Positions 36,753 to 45,410 of a stretch of 64,000 nucleotides of DNA are shown piece by piece. Made by a program: the position numbers and the translations under genes. How positions within the stretch are numbered: position 1 is the first letter of the stretch; every line of letters begins with the position of its first letter. Source of the stretch: Dehalococcoidia bacterium (GTDB lineage Bacteria > Chloroflexota > Dehalococcoidia > Lucifugimonadales > UBA1127); assembly GCA_034422455.1 (NCBI GenBank), contig DAOUJQ010000004.1:45737-109736 (forward strand). The letters are read 5' to 3'. The notes below the pieces were generated by a model that saw only the letters and a list, made by a program, of their open reading frames with translations, ran no database searches and was not told the origin of the DNA.

Positions 36753-37652
36753 GTGGAGCGGGGCATGGCAGAAGGGACAGTCCTGGAGGAGGCCTACGCC
36801 CACTGCCAACGCGTGACAAAGGCAGAGGCGAAGAACTTCTACTATGCCTTTGTCACGCTGCCAAAGGCCAAGCGGCGAGCAATCTACGCCGCCTACGCCT
36901 TCTGCCGGCTCTGCGACGACATCGCCGACGAGCCGCTCCCACTCGACGAGAAACAACGCAAGCTGCGCGAGGTCGACGCGGCCCTCGAACGGGCGAGGGA
37001 CGGCGAGCCGGACGGCCCCGTGTACAGCGCGCTGGCACACGCCGTACACGAGTACGGCATCCCGTGGGAAGACCTTGCAGAGGTGGCCCGCGGCGTCGAA
37101 ATGGACCTCACCCTCGACCGGTATGAGACTTTCGATGACCTGGCGTCGTACTGCTACCGGGTCGCGTCCGTCGTGGGCATCATCTGCATTCACATCTTCG
37201 GGTTCTCGGACCCTGCGGCGAGGGGGTACGCCATCGACCTGGGCCTCGGCATGCAGCTCACCAATATCCTGCGGGACCTCCGCGAAGACGCGGAGATGGG
37301 GCGGGTCTACCTGCCGCAGCAAGAGTTGCGCAGATTCGGGTATCCTGAGGAAGCGCTCATGGCGGGCGAGGTCAACGACGAGTTCATCAGCCTGATGCGT
37401 TTTCAGGTCGCCCGGGCTCGCGGCTATTTCGACAGCGGCAAGCTGCTGCTCCCCCTGCTGCCGGTGCGCACGCGGGCGTGCCCGGCGGTGTTGGGCGGGC
37501 TGTACAACCGAGTACTGGACCGCATTGAAGATAACGGGTACAACGTCTTCGAGCGCCGAATCGCCCTTTCGACGAGAACAAAGCTGTTGCTGGCGGTACG
37601 CCTTTGGTTGCAGAGTTACGCCCCCCTGAAGCAGATCGCCGCTGCGTGGTGA
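36753..37652 (+). CDS. hpnD: Presqualene diphosphate synthase HpnD (squalene/phytoene synthase family)
   Basis: The KNFYYAFVTLP...AYAFCRLCDDIADE pattern is typical of HpnD. GTG start 36753, or ATG 36765. Confidence 0.8.
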   Translation: MERGMAEGTVLEEAYAHCQRVTKAEAKNFYYAFVTLPKAKRRAIYAAYAFCRLCDDIADEPLPLDEKQRKLREVDAALERARDGEPDGPVYSALAHAVHEYGIPWEDLAEVARGVEMDLTLDRYETFDDLASYCYRVASVVGIICIHIFGFSDPAARGYAIDLGLGMQLTNILRDLREDAEMGRVYLPQQELRRFGYPEEALMAGEVNDEFISLMRFQVARARGYFDSGKLLLPLLPVRTRACPAVLGGLYNRVLDRIEDNGYNVFERRIALSTRTKLLLAVRLWLQSYAPLKQIAAAW

Positions 37653-39004
37653 TCGGCGGCGGGCTTGCCGGCCTCGCCGCCGCCTGCGAGTTGGCGGACC
37701 GAGGCGTCACTGTCACCCTGATCGAAAGGCGGCCATACCTCGGCGGCCGGGCCTTCTCCTTCCGTGACCCTGAAACCGGCGAGCACGTCGACAACGGGCA
37801 GCACGTCTACCTGGGTTGTTGCACGGCCTACATCAATTTCCTGCGACGTCTAGGCATATTCGAGCGCACCACGCTGCAGCGCCGGATGCGGGCGGTCATC
37901 GTTGACCGCAACGGCAGGCGGGGCACGCTGAGCGCCGCGCCCCTGCTTCCCTCGCCGCTGCACCTCCTGCCGTCCTTCCTGACCTACCCGCACCTGGGCT
38001 TGATCGAGAAGCTCCGCGCGGCTTCCGCCATGCTCGCCGTCATGCGCACGGACCGCGACAAGCACCGGGAGGCGCTGGAAGCCGAGAGCTTCCACTCCTG
38101 GCTGGTACGGCACGGACAGTCGCCCCGGGCCATTGCCGCCCTCTGGGACCTGCTGACATTGCCTGTATTCAACGACACCGTGGAGGCCGTCAGCGCCTAC
38201 ATGGGATTGATGTTCTTCCAGGACGGCATGCTCGCCGGCCGGCACAGCGCAGACATCGGCTACTCGCGTGTCGGGCTCACCGAGCTGGTGGGCGACGCCG
38301 CCGTGAGCTATGTCGAGGAGCGAGGCGGGCAGGTGCGCACTGGCACGTCGGTGACGGGCATCGCCGTCGAGGAGGGCGCGGTTACCGGCGTGGTCGTTGG
38401 TGACGAGACCATTGCGGCCGACGCCGTGGTGCCTGCCGTTCCATGGGACGCGTTGCCAAACCTCTTCTCACCTGACGTCGCGGCCGGCGCGTCGATTGCG
38501 ATGGCGGCCGGCCTGGAGTGGGCGCCCATTCTGAACGTGCACGTGTGGTACGACCGCCCCGTTATAGACGAGGCGTTCCTCGCCGTGTTGGACAGCCCGC
38601 TGCAGTGGGTGTTCAACCGGAGCCGCATCCAGGGAAACCCCGGTCCGCAGCAGCACCTGTGCGTCTCCGTGAGCGGCACATGGGAGCATGTGCGCATGAA
38701 CAGGACAGATCTGCGCGATCTATTCTTGGGCGAGATGGCGAGAGTCTTCCCGGCTGCCCGGGACGCCATCGTGGAAGGATTCACCGTGGTCAGGCAGCCC
38801 TCCGCGACCTTCCGGTGCACTCCGGGCGCCCAGCGGCTGCGCCCGCCGCAGCGGACGTCCATCAGAGGCTTGGTCCTCGCCGGCGATTGGACGCAGACCG
38901 GATGGCCTGCCACCATGGAGTCGGCCGTACGCAGCGGCATGCTGGCCGCGGCAGAAGCGTCGCTCCAGCTAGACCGCAAGGAACGGCGCTGGATTTCACC
39001 TTGA
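37646..39004 (+). CDS. hpnE: FAD-dependent hydroxysqualene dehydroxylase HpnE (amine-oxidase family)
   Basis: Dinucleotide-binding VVIGGGLAGLAAA...ERRPYLGGRA. GTG at 37646/37649 overlaps the hpnD stop (GTGGTGA). The track ORF start 37604 is also possible. Confidence 0.8.
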   Translation: MVIGGGLAGLAAACELADRGVTVTLIERRPYLGGRAFSFRDPETGEHVDNGQHVYLGCCTAYINFLRRLGIFERTTLQRRMRAVIVDRNGRRGTLSAAPLLPSPLHLLPSFLTYPHLGLIEKLRAASAMLAVMRTDRDKHREALEAESFHSWLVRHGQSPRAIAALWDLLTLPVFNDTVEAVSAYMGLMFFQDGMLAGRHSADIGYSRVGLTELVGDAAVSYVEERGGQVRTGTSVTGIAVEEGAVTGVVVGDETIAADAVVPAVPWDALPNLFSPDVAAGASIAMAAGLEWAPILNVHVWYDRPVIDEAFLAVLDSPLQWVFNRSRIQGNPGPQQHLCVSVSGTWEHVRMNRTDLRDLFLGEMARVFPAARDAIVEGFTVVRQPSATFRCTPGAQRLRPPQRTSIRGLVLAGDWTQTGWPATMESAVRSGMLAAAEASLQLDRKERRWISP

Positions 39005-39062
39005 CACGGCCAAAACCCGCATGACACGCTGGCCCTGTCCCGGAACCCCTCCCGGAGCGGTC

Positions 39063-39551
39063 ATGACGTTGGAGCGACACTTCACGGCGACCGGGTTTGT
39101 CGTGCAGGACGATGCGACGCTGCTGCACTGGCACGCCAAGCTGCAGTGCTGGTTGCCGCCCGGCGGGCATATCGAGCCCAACGAGGACCCGGTCCAGGCT
39201 GTCCTGCGTGAGGTCGCCGAGGAGACAGGCGTCGAGGCCGAGGTCGTCCCCACCGGCGGCGTCGGGTCACACCTGGCGTACCCCGAGGAGGTCACGCCGC
39301 CGCTCACCATCATGGTTGAAGACATCAACGACCCCGTCCAGGGTTTCCATCAACACATCGACTTCATTTACGTCTGCCGGCCCAAGGCGCCTGTCGGCGG
39401 CGCGCCGACCGGGTGGCGCTGGGTGACGCGCGACGAGCTGGCCTCCGGCGTCGTGCTGCACCTCGACGGGCTGGAAGGCGCATCGCCGCCCGACGACGTG
39501 CGATTGCTGGCAGGCAAAGCGTTCGAGGCCGTCCGGGCCCACTCCGCCTGA
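39063..39551 (+). CDS. NUDIX hydrolase
   Basis: Nudix box GGHIEPNEDPVQAVLREVAEETGV. ATG 39063 follows GGAG. Confidence 0.85.
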   Translation: MTLERHFTATGFVVQDDATLLHWHAKLQCWLPPGGHIEPNEDPVQAVLREVAEETGVEAEVVPTGGVGSHLAYPEEVTPPLTIMVEDINDPVQGFHQHIDFIYVCRPKAPVGGAPTGWRWVTRDELASGVVLHLDGLEGASPPDDVRLLAGKAFEAVRAHSA

Positions 39552-39566
39552 GGTGACCAAGCTGCA

Positions 39567-40550
39567 TTGAAGGCCCTCATACTTGCCCCCTTTGCCCCGG
39601 AATCCCTGGACAGCCTGCGCCGCCGGTTGTCCGTTAGCTACGAGCCGTGGACGGAGAGCCTGAAGATCTGGGACCCTGCCGATCTGGCATCCCGTATAGC
39701 CGAGGAGCAGATAGAAGCAGTCGTCGCCGAGATCGACTATTTCTTCGAGGAGGTCTTTGAAGACCCCTCGCCGCTGCGGTTCATCGGAATGTGCCGGTAC
39801 AGCACTCACCATATCGACCTGGAGGCGGCCGGGCGCCGTGGCGTGACCGTCGTGAACACGCCGGGCCGCAACGCCAACGCCGTGGCCGAGCTGGTCGTCG
39901 GCATGGCGCTCTCCCTGGTGCGGCGCATCCCAACTGCGCACAACTTCGTGCGTGAAGGGGGTTGGCAGCACCCGCTCAGCGGCTACATGGAGATGCGCGG
40001 CACGGAGCTCGCGGGGAAGACGATGGGGCTGGTGGGCGTCGGCGCCGTCGGCCGCAGGGTGGCCAGGCTCGGCCGGGCGCTCGGCATGCGGGTGCTGGCC
40101 CACGATCCGTACGCCGCGGGTCCACGGTACGTGACCATGACCTCGCTGGAGCACGTCCTGGCGGCAAGCAACATTGTTTCCCTGCACGCCATCGAGACCG
40201 AGGAGACTACCGGAATGCTGGACCGGCAGCGCCTCGCGCTCATGCCTGCGGGAAGCTACCTGATCAACACGGCGTCGGCCGCGCTGGTGGATGAGGCCGC
40301 ACTGGTGGATGCACTGCGCGCCGGCCACCTTGCGGGAGCGGGCCTGGACGTATTTGAGACGCACCCCGTCATGCCCAACAGCCCGCTCCTCGCGCTGGAC
40401 AATGTGGTCCTCAGCCCGCACGTCGGCGGCGCCACCGCGGAGACAATTGACCGCTACTCGCGCACTATCGCGAGGGCGCTGCTTCGGTTCGAACGCGAGT
40501 CCTCCAGGCAGGCGCGCCGCGAGCGCTCCAGGGGAGGCCGCCGTGGCTAG
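39567..40550 (+). CDS. D-isomer-specific 2-hydroxyacid dehydrogenase (phosphoglycerate-dehydrogenase-like)
   Basis: 327-aa ORF. NAD motif GLVGVGAVGRRVA, and catalytic R/E/H context (NTASAALVDE...SPHVGG). TTG start preceded by GAGGTGA. Confidence 0.82.
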   Translation: MKALILAPFAPESLDSLRRRLSVSYEPWTESLKIWDPADLASRIAEEQIEAVVAEIDYFFEEVFEDPSPLRFIGMCRYSTHHIDLEAAGRRGVTVVNTPGRNANAVAELVVGMALSLVRRIPTAHNFVREGGWQHPLSGYMEMRGTELAGKTMGLVGVGAVGRRVARLGRALGMRVLAHDPYAAGPRYVTMTSLEHVLAASNIVSLHAIETEETTGMLDRQRLALMPAGSYLINTASAALVDEAALVDALRAGHLAGAGLDVFETHPVMPNSPLLALDNVVLSPHVGGATAETIDRYSRTIARALLRFERESSRQARRERSRGGRRG

Positions 40551-42042
40551 GTCGACCGTCCTGGCAATCGACGTCGGCACGAGCACGCTGAAAGCGGCCG
40601 TGGCAGCCGAGGGTGACAAACTCCTCTCGACCGCCATGGCGTCGGTCCCATACGTCCCCACTGACGCCGACGCCCCTATGACACGCGCCTTTGATGTCGC
40701 GGCCCTCTGGTCCGCCGTGGTGGACACCGTCGGCCGGGCCCTGAAGGCGGCCAGAGTCGACAGGGACGCTGTCGCCGCGGTCGCCGTGACGAGCCAGCGG
40801 CAGGGGATAGCCGCCCTGGACGCGGCGGGCGCGGAGGTCTACTTCGCGCCCAACCAGGACCTGCGCGCCCTGTTCGAGGGTATGGCCATCGATGGCGACC
40901 AGCCCGATCTGATGTATCCAGTGACGGGGCACCTGCCCTCTTTCCTGCTGGCGCCCGCCAAGCTTCGCTGGCACCAACTGCACGACCCGGAGGCCTACGA
41001 GCGCATCGCTGCCGTGGTCACGGTCGGTGACTGGATTGGCTACAGGCTCACCGGCGAGCTTGCGCTGCAGGAGACGCTGGCGGCGGAGGCGGGCCTGTTG
41101 GATGTCACGACAGGCAAACCGGCAACCTCGGTGTTCGAGTCACTTGGCCTCAGCACGGACTGCCTTCCCCAGGTCCGCCCGCCGGGCTCCTCGCTGGGCC
41201 GGCTCAAGAAGGCCGTCGCTGGCGAGTTCGGCATCCCTGCCGGGTTGCCCGTAATCGTCGCGGGTCCAGACACGCAGTGCGGTCTCCTGGGCATGGGAGT
41301 GGTCTCCCCCGGAGAAGCCGGCGTCGTGGCCGGCTGGAGCGTGACGTCACAGCAGCTAACGGAGGCGCCCAAGCTGGACTCCAGGCGGCGGACGTGGGTG
41401 GGACGGCACCTGGCGCCCGGCCGATGGATCTCCGAAGCCAACGCGGGCGACGGCGGCAACGCGTACGCCTGGTTCGTGGAGCTGCTTCACGGGGCGCAGG
41501 ACGGTTTCCGGCGCATGGAGGAGCTGGCCGCGCAGGCCCCGCCGGGTTCGGAGAGCACGTTGGCCCTCATCGGCCCCGCTCCCCTGGACCTGTCGCGCCC
41601 GGGCATGCGGCCCGGCGGCCTCCTCTTTTCCGTGCCCGTGACCTTTGGCGGGCTTGATCGCGCACGGCTGTCGCGGGCCGCGCTTGAGAACGTCGCCTAC
41701 GCTGTGCGCGGCTCGTGTGATCTCCTGGCGGAAGTGACGGGAGAGTCGCCGTATACCCTCGCGGTTGGCGGCGGCATGACCAAGTCTGCCCTCTTCCAGC
41801 AGGTCCTCACGGACGTCATCGGACGGCCCCTGTCGGTCTCGACCGTACCGGACGTGAGCCTGCTTGGCGCCGCCCTGGCTGCCGAGGCTGCTCTGGAGGG
41901 CGGCGGCGCCCTGATGCAGAAGGCGGAGGAGGCTCGCAACCGCCTGTGCACGGTGGAGCCGGATGGCGTGGACTCCCACGATTACCAGGAGCACTACGCC
42001 CGTTGGATGGAAGCGCAGGCCCGGTTGGAAGGGTTCCTGTAG
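40543..42042 (+). CDS. FGGY-family carbohydrate kinase
   Basis: GTG 40543 overlaps the upstream stop. N-terminal LAIDVGTSTLKA ATPase motif and C-terminal GGGMTKS motif. Confidence 0.82.
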   Translation: MARSTVLAIDVGTSTLKAAVAAEGDKLLSTAMASVPYVPTDADAPMTRAFDVAALWSAVVDTVGRALKAARVDRDAVAAVAVTSQRQGIAALDAAGAEVYFAPNQDLRALFEGMAIDGDQPDLMYPVTGHLPSFLLAPAKLRWHQLHDPEAYERIAAVVTVGDWIGYRLTGELALQETLAAEAGLLDVTTGKPATSVFESLGLSTDCLPQVRPPGSSLGRLKKAVAGEFGIPAGLPVIVAGPDTQCGLLGMGVVSPGEAGVVAGWSVTSQQLTEAPKLDSRRRTWVGRHLAPGRWISEANAGDGGNAYAWFVELLHGAQDGFRRMEELAAQAPPGSESTLALIGPAPLDLSRPGMRPGGLLFSVPVTFGGLDRARLSRAALENVAYAVRGSCDLLAEVTGESPYTLAVGGGMTKSALFQQVLTDVIGRPLSVSTVPDVSLLGAALAAEAALEGGGALMQKAEEARNRLCTVEPDGVDSHDYQEHYARWMEAQARLEGFL

Positions 42043-42104
42043 AGCCTGCATCGCGCCTCCAGCGGATGCGGTACAATGGGCGGCAGTTTGCCGAGGTGAC
42101 CGCC

Positions 42105-42773
42105 ATGTCTGCCGAGCTTTGGAGCGCTGAACGCGCAGCCGTTGTCGAAACTGCCCGGGAACTGGACCGTCTCGGACTGGTGGCGGGCGCCAGCGGCAAC
42201 GTCAGCATGCTCATTCCCGGTGAGCCGCCGCTGGTGGCGATTACGCCCAGCCGGAAGAACTACCGCTCGATGGCCGCGGAAGACGTGCCCGTCATCGACT
42301 TCGAGTACGAGCCGGCGTACGGCGACCTGCCGCCCTCGTCGGAAGCGGCGCTCCACCTCGCCGTGTACCGGGCGCGACGCGACGCCCGCGCCGTAGTGCA
42401 CACCCACTCCGTGTACGCCACCGTCTGCGCCGTCGCCGGCATCGAGGTGCCGGCGGTCATCGACGAGGTCGCCGTGACCGTGGGCGGCGCCGTTCGCGTG
42501 GCTCCCTACGCCCCACCCGGCACGGAGGAGCTGGCGGACAAGGCCGTTGAGGCCCTGGAGGGACGGAGCGCGGCGCTCATCAGCAACCACGGCCTGGTCG
42601 CGCTGGGCAAGGACCTGGAGACCGCCATGGACATCGCCGTCCTTGTCGAGCGGGCCGCCCACATCTGCATCGTCACGCGGCTGCTGGGGATGCAGCGTCC
42701 CCTGCCGCCGGAGGTGCTGGCGGTGGAGGAGGAGCTCTTTCGGATGCGCCTCTCGGTGGAGGCGGGTCAGTAG
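42105..42773 (+). CDS. Class II aldolase/adducin-family protein (fuculose-phosphate-aldolase-like)
   Basis: Start ATG 42105 follows GAGGTGA. Motifs GASGNVS, PSSEAALHLAVY, VVHTHS and SNHGLVALG. Confidence 0.85.
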   Translation: MSAELWSAERAAVVETARELDRLGLVAGASGNVSMLIPGEPPLVAITPSRKNYRSMAAEDVPVIDFEYEPAYGDLPPSSEAALHLAVYRARRDARAVVHTHSVYATVCAVAGIEVPAVIDEVAVTVGGAVRVAPYAPPGTEELADKAVEALEGRSAALISNHGLVALGKDLETAMDIAVLVERAAHICIVTRLLGMQRPLPPEVLAVEEELFRMRLSVEAGQ

Positions 42774-42791
42774 TCTCCCTCAGGAGGGACC

Positions 42792-43163
42792 ATGGTCTCT
42801 GTTCCCGGCTTTTTGCTCCGCAGGCTGTACGTGAAGGGCAGCCTGCGCGCTACGGAGGACGGGTTGGCGTTTGACCTGAAGAACTCGCTGGGCTCCGGTT
42901 TTGCCCGGGCGATGCTGCCCCTCACCGTCGACGGCGAGGAGGTGCCCATGGAGAGCGCCACCTTCTCTTCCAACGGCGCCACCGTCGCCTTCTCCGAGGT
43001 CTCCCCGGAGGTGCCCTTCACGCTCGCCATGAACCGCACGACCACCATCGAGGCGTCCGGCGTGACGCTGGAGCCGGGCGCGCACACCATCGGCATGGCC
43101 TTCGAGGTGCAGGGCCTCGGCGTCCTGCGCTTCGACTTCACCGACAGGGTAGGCGATGGCTAG
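42792..43163 (+). CDS. Hypothetical protein (123 aa)
   Basis: The ORF is tightly packed between the aldolase and epimerase genes, and its end overlaps the epimerase start. I recognise no motif. Confidence 0.55.
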   Translation: MVSVPGFLLRRLYVKGSLRATEDGLAFDLKNSLGSGFARAMLPLTVDGEEVPMESATFSSNGATVAFSEVSPEVPFTLAMNRTTTIEASGVTLEPGAHTIGMAFEVQGLGVLRFDFTDRVGDG

Positions 43164-44106
43164 CGGCCTGCGCGTCGCCGTCACCGGCGCGGCCGGGTCC
43201 ATCGGATCGAAGTTCGTGGAGCGGCTGGCGGCGTCCGACGACGTGGACGGCATCGTCGCCTTCGACGCGCTCCCGGTCGGGGCCGCGCACCCCAAGGTCG
43301 CGGCGTTCCAGCAGGACATCCGGCAGCCCATCGCGGACATTCTTCGCGAGTACGGCGTCGACGCCGTCGTGCATCTCGCCTTCCTGCTGCGCCCCGGCCG
43401 CAACCGCGAGGCGGTGCGCCGTGTGAACGTCGGCGGCACGGCGCAGGTCGTGCGCGGCTGCCAGGCCGCCGGCGTGCGACGGCTCCTCTACCTCAGCAGC
43501 ACCACCGTCTACGGCCCCCACCCCGGCGACCCGCAGCCCTACACGGAGGCCTCGCCGGTCCGGCCCGTGCGCGGCTTCCAGTACGCCGAGGACAAGGCCG
43601 CAACCGAGCTGATGCTGGAGGCCTTCGCGGCGGACAACCCGGCCACGTGCGTGACCGTGCTGCGCGGCTGCCCGGTGATGGGCCCGCGGTCGGAGAACTT
43701 CGTCACGGAGGCGTTCAGCAAGGTGGTGCTGGTCAGCATCCTGGGCTCTGACCCGCCGATGCAGTTCATCCACGAGGACGACCTGCAGGAGGCGCTGGAG
43801 CTGTGCCTGCTGGAGCCCGTGCCCGGCGTGTTCAACGTGACCGGCGAGGGCGCCGTCGCGTTCAGCGAGATTGCGCGCGTGGCCGGCCGGCGCTCCATCG
43901 CGGTGCCGGCGCCCGTGCTGGCGGCGCTGACGCAGGCGACGTGGACGCTGCGGCTGCAGAGCGACTCTCCCGCCAGCGGCCTCGCGATGGCGCGGTGGCC
44001 GTGGGTCGCGAGCAACGACAAGCTGACGCGGGAGACGGGCTTCCGGCCGCGCTACACCTCGCGGGAGGCGCTGATGAGCTCCGCGCTGGCACGGGGCGCA
44101 TCGTGA
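43156..44106 (+). CDS. NAD-dependent epimerase/dehydratase (extended SDR)
   Basis: N-terminal VTGAAGSIGS Rossmann motif and a YAEDK catalytic YxxxK. Confidence 0.85.
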   Translation: MASGLRVAVTGAAGSIGSKFVERLAASDDVDGIVAFDALPVGAAHPKVAAFQQDIRQPIADILREYGVDAVVHLAFLLRPGRNREAVRRVNVGGTAQVVRGCQAAGVRRLLYLSSTTVYGPHPGDPQPYTEASPVRPVRGFQYAEDKAATELMLEAFAADNPATCVTVLRGCPVMGPRSENFVTEAFSKVVLVSILGSDPPMQFIHEDDLQEALELCLLEPVPGVFNVTGEGAVAFSEIARVAGRRSIAVPAPVLAALTQATWTLRLQSDSPASGLAMARWPWVASNDKLTRETGFRPRYTSREALMSSALARGAS

Positions 44107-44792
44107 GCGACCCCCGGCGCGTGCAGCGCATGTTCGACGGGATTGCGCGGCGGTACGACGCCTTCAACACCGTGGCGTCGCTGGGGCGCGATGAGTCGTG
44201 GCGGCGGCTGACGGCCAGCATCGCGGCGCCGGAGCCGGTGGAGCGCGGGCTCGACGCGGCGGCGGGCACCGGCAAGCTCTCGGCGGCGCTGGCGGCGAGG
44301 GCGTCGCGGGTGACGGCGCTCGACTTCTCGGCGCCGATGCTGGCGCGCGGCGGGCCGGAGCTGGCCGGGCGCGGGCTGCTGCAGCGCATCGAGCGGGTGC
44401 AGGGCGACGTCCTCGCCATGCCCTTCGCGGACGGGGCGTTTGACTGCGCGACGATCGGGTTCGGGCTGCGGAACCTGGCCGACATCCCCCTCGGGCTGCG
44501 GGAGTTCCGGCGGGTGCTGCGGCCCGGCGGGCGGCTGGCGGTCCTCGACATCGTGCGGCCGCGGGGGGCGCTCGGCCGGGCGGCCTACGGCATCGGGTTC
44601 CGGCGGCTGATGCCCCTCGTCGGGTGGGCGCTGTCGGGCGACCGGGGCGCGTACCGGTACCTGCCGGAGTCCGTCGAGCGGTACCTGGACCCGGACGCGC
44701 TGGCCTCAGCGATGGCGGAGGCGGGGTTCACCGGCGTCGGCTACCGGCGGCTGATGCTGGGGACGATCGCCGTCCACTGGGGCGTGGCGTAA
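44103..44792 (+). CDS. UbiE/MenG-family SAM-dependent methyltransferase
   Basis: GTG 44103 overlaps the epimerase stop (GTGA). VQRMFDGIARRYD N-terminus, LDAAAGTGK SAM motif and FGLRN motif. The last codons lie inside the first unit of the 54-bp tandem repeat. Confidence 0.82.
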   Translation: MSDPRRVQRMFDGIARRYDAFNTVASLGRDESWRRLTASIAAPEPVERGLDAAAGTGKLSAALAARASRVTALDFSAPMLARGGPELAGRGLLQRIERVQGDVLAMPFADGAFDCATIGFGLRNLADIPLGLREFRRVLRPGGRLAVLDIVRPRGALGRAAYGIGFRRLMPLVGWALSGDRGAYRYLPESVERYLDPDALASAMAEAGFTGVGYRRLMLGTIAVHWGVA

Positions 44793-44958
44793 CAGGAGGG
44801 CCCTTCGACGGGCTCAGGGCGAACGGGCTCTTGGGGCGTGGCGTAACAGGGGGGCCCTTCGACGGGCTCAGGGCGAACGGGCTCTTGGGGCGTGGCGTAA
44901 CAGGGGGCGCCCTTCGACGGGCTCAGGGCGAACGGGGTCTTGGGGCGTGGCGTAACAG
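44779..44958 (+). repeat. Tandem repeat, 54-55 bp x 3 plus a partial fourth unit
   Basis: Units start at 44779, 44833, 44887 and 44942, with consensus GGGGCGTGGCGTAACAGGGGGGCCCTTCGACGGGCTCAGGGCGAACGGGCTCTT. Each unit contains a RepB element in reverse orientation. Confidence 0.9.
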
Positions 44959-44968
44959 TCCGACTGTT

Positions 44969-45084
44969 GGGAATTGTTTCGTCGCTTTTCGTAGCTGGGC
45001 GGAGATTCGTGCGGTCTTCGATTTGGAGGGGAATTGGCGCGTTTCCGCTGCGAAACGAATTTTTCATCTACGGGAAACAATTCC
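44969..45084 (-). repeat. RepH-beta hairpin element with terminal inverted repeats (MITE-like)
   Basis: GGGAATTGTTTC at 44969-44980 and GAAACAATTCC at 45074-45084 are inverted repeats. The internal conserved block is GGGGAATTGGCGCGTTTC. It is homologous to 19337-19452. Confidence 0.65.
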
Positions 45085-45215
45085 TGTCGTGCGCGGGGGC
45101 GAGTCCCGGTTTTGGGGTTTCGGGGAACGATTTTGTTGTTGGTGGTGTCGTGTGCCATGGGGGGAGGGTAGCGGCGGGGGAGGGTGGGGGGCAAGGGGGT
45201 GGTGGCAGGGGGGAA

Positions 45216-45390
45216 CCCCCATCCTAACCTTCCCCCATAAAGGGGGAAGGGACTCCCCGCCCGGCCCCCGCCCGTTCATCCTTCGATTTCCCTCAGGACG
45301 AACGGGCTCTTGGGGCGTCGAGCGTGGTCCGTCGCGGGGGCGGGGGTCCCGCCTGGCGGCGGGACGGGCGACCACGAGGGTCGCCCCTAC
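45216..45390. repeat. Cluster of GC-rich palindromic repeats (RepA, RepB variant, RepD, all reverse orientation)
   Basis: RepA 45216-45250 (CCCCCATCCTAACCTTCCCCCATAAAGGGGGAAGG). RepB variant 45271-45306 (CCTTCGATTTCCCTCAGGACGAACGGG, also present at 50994-51031). RepD 45366-45390 (GGGCGACCACGAGGGTCGCCCCTAC). Confidence 0.8.
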
Positions 45391-45410
45391 GAGGCGGGGA
45401 AGGGATAAGC

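Larger units (their letters stand above)
44740..45210 (+). repeat. Partner copy of the inverted segmental duplication (see 19221..19520), here interrupted by the 54-bp tandem repeat
   Basis: Block-wise alignment by eye to the reverse complement of 19221-19520. It begins inside the last ~55 nt of the UbiE-like gene and ends at GGTGGCAGGG. Confidence 0.8.

Noticed and set aside
33906-39004. Calling the locus a complete hopanoid biosynthesis cluster
   Set aside because: Squalene-hopene cyclase (shc/hpnF) and hpnH are not in the window. Only squalene formation (hpnCDE), a polyprenyl synthase and an HpnG-like phosphorylase are supported.
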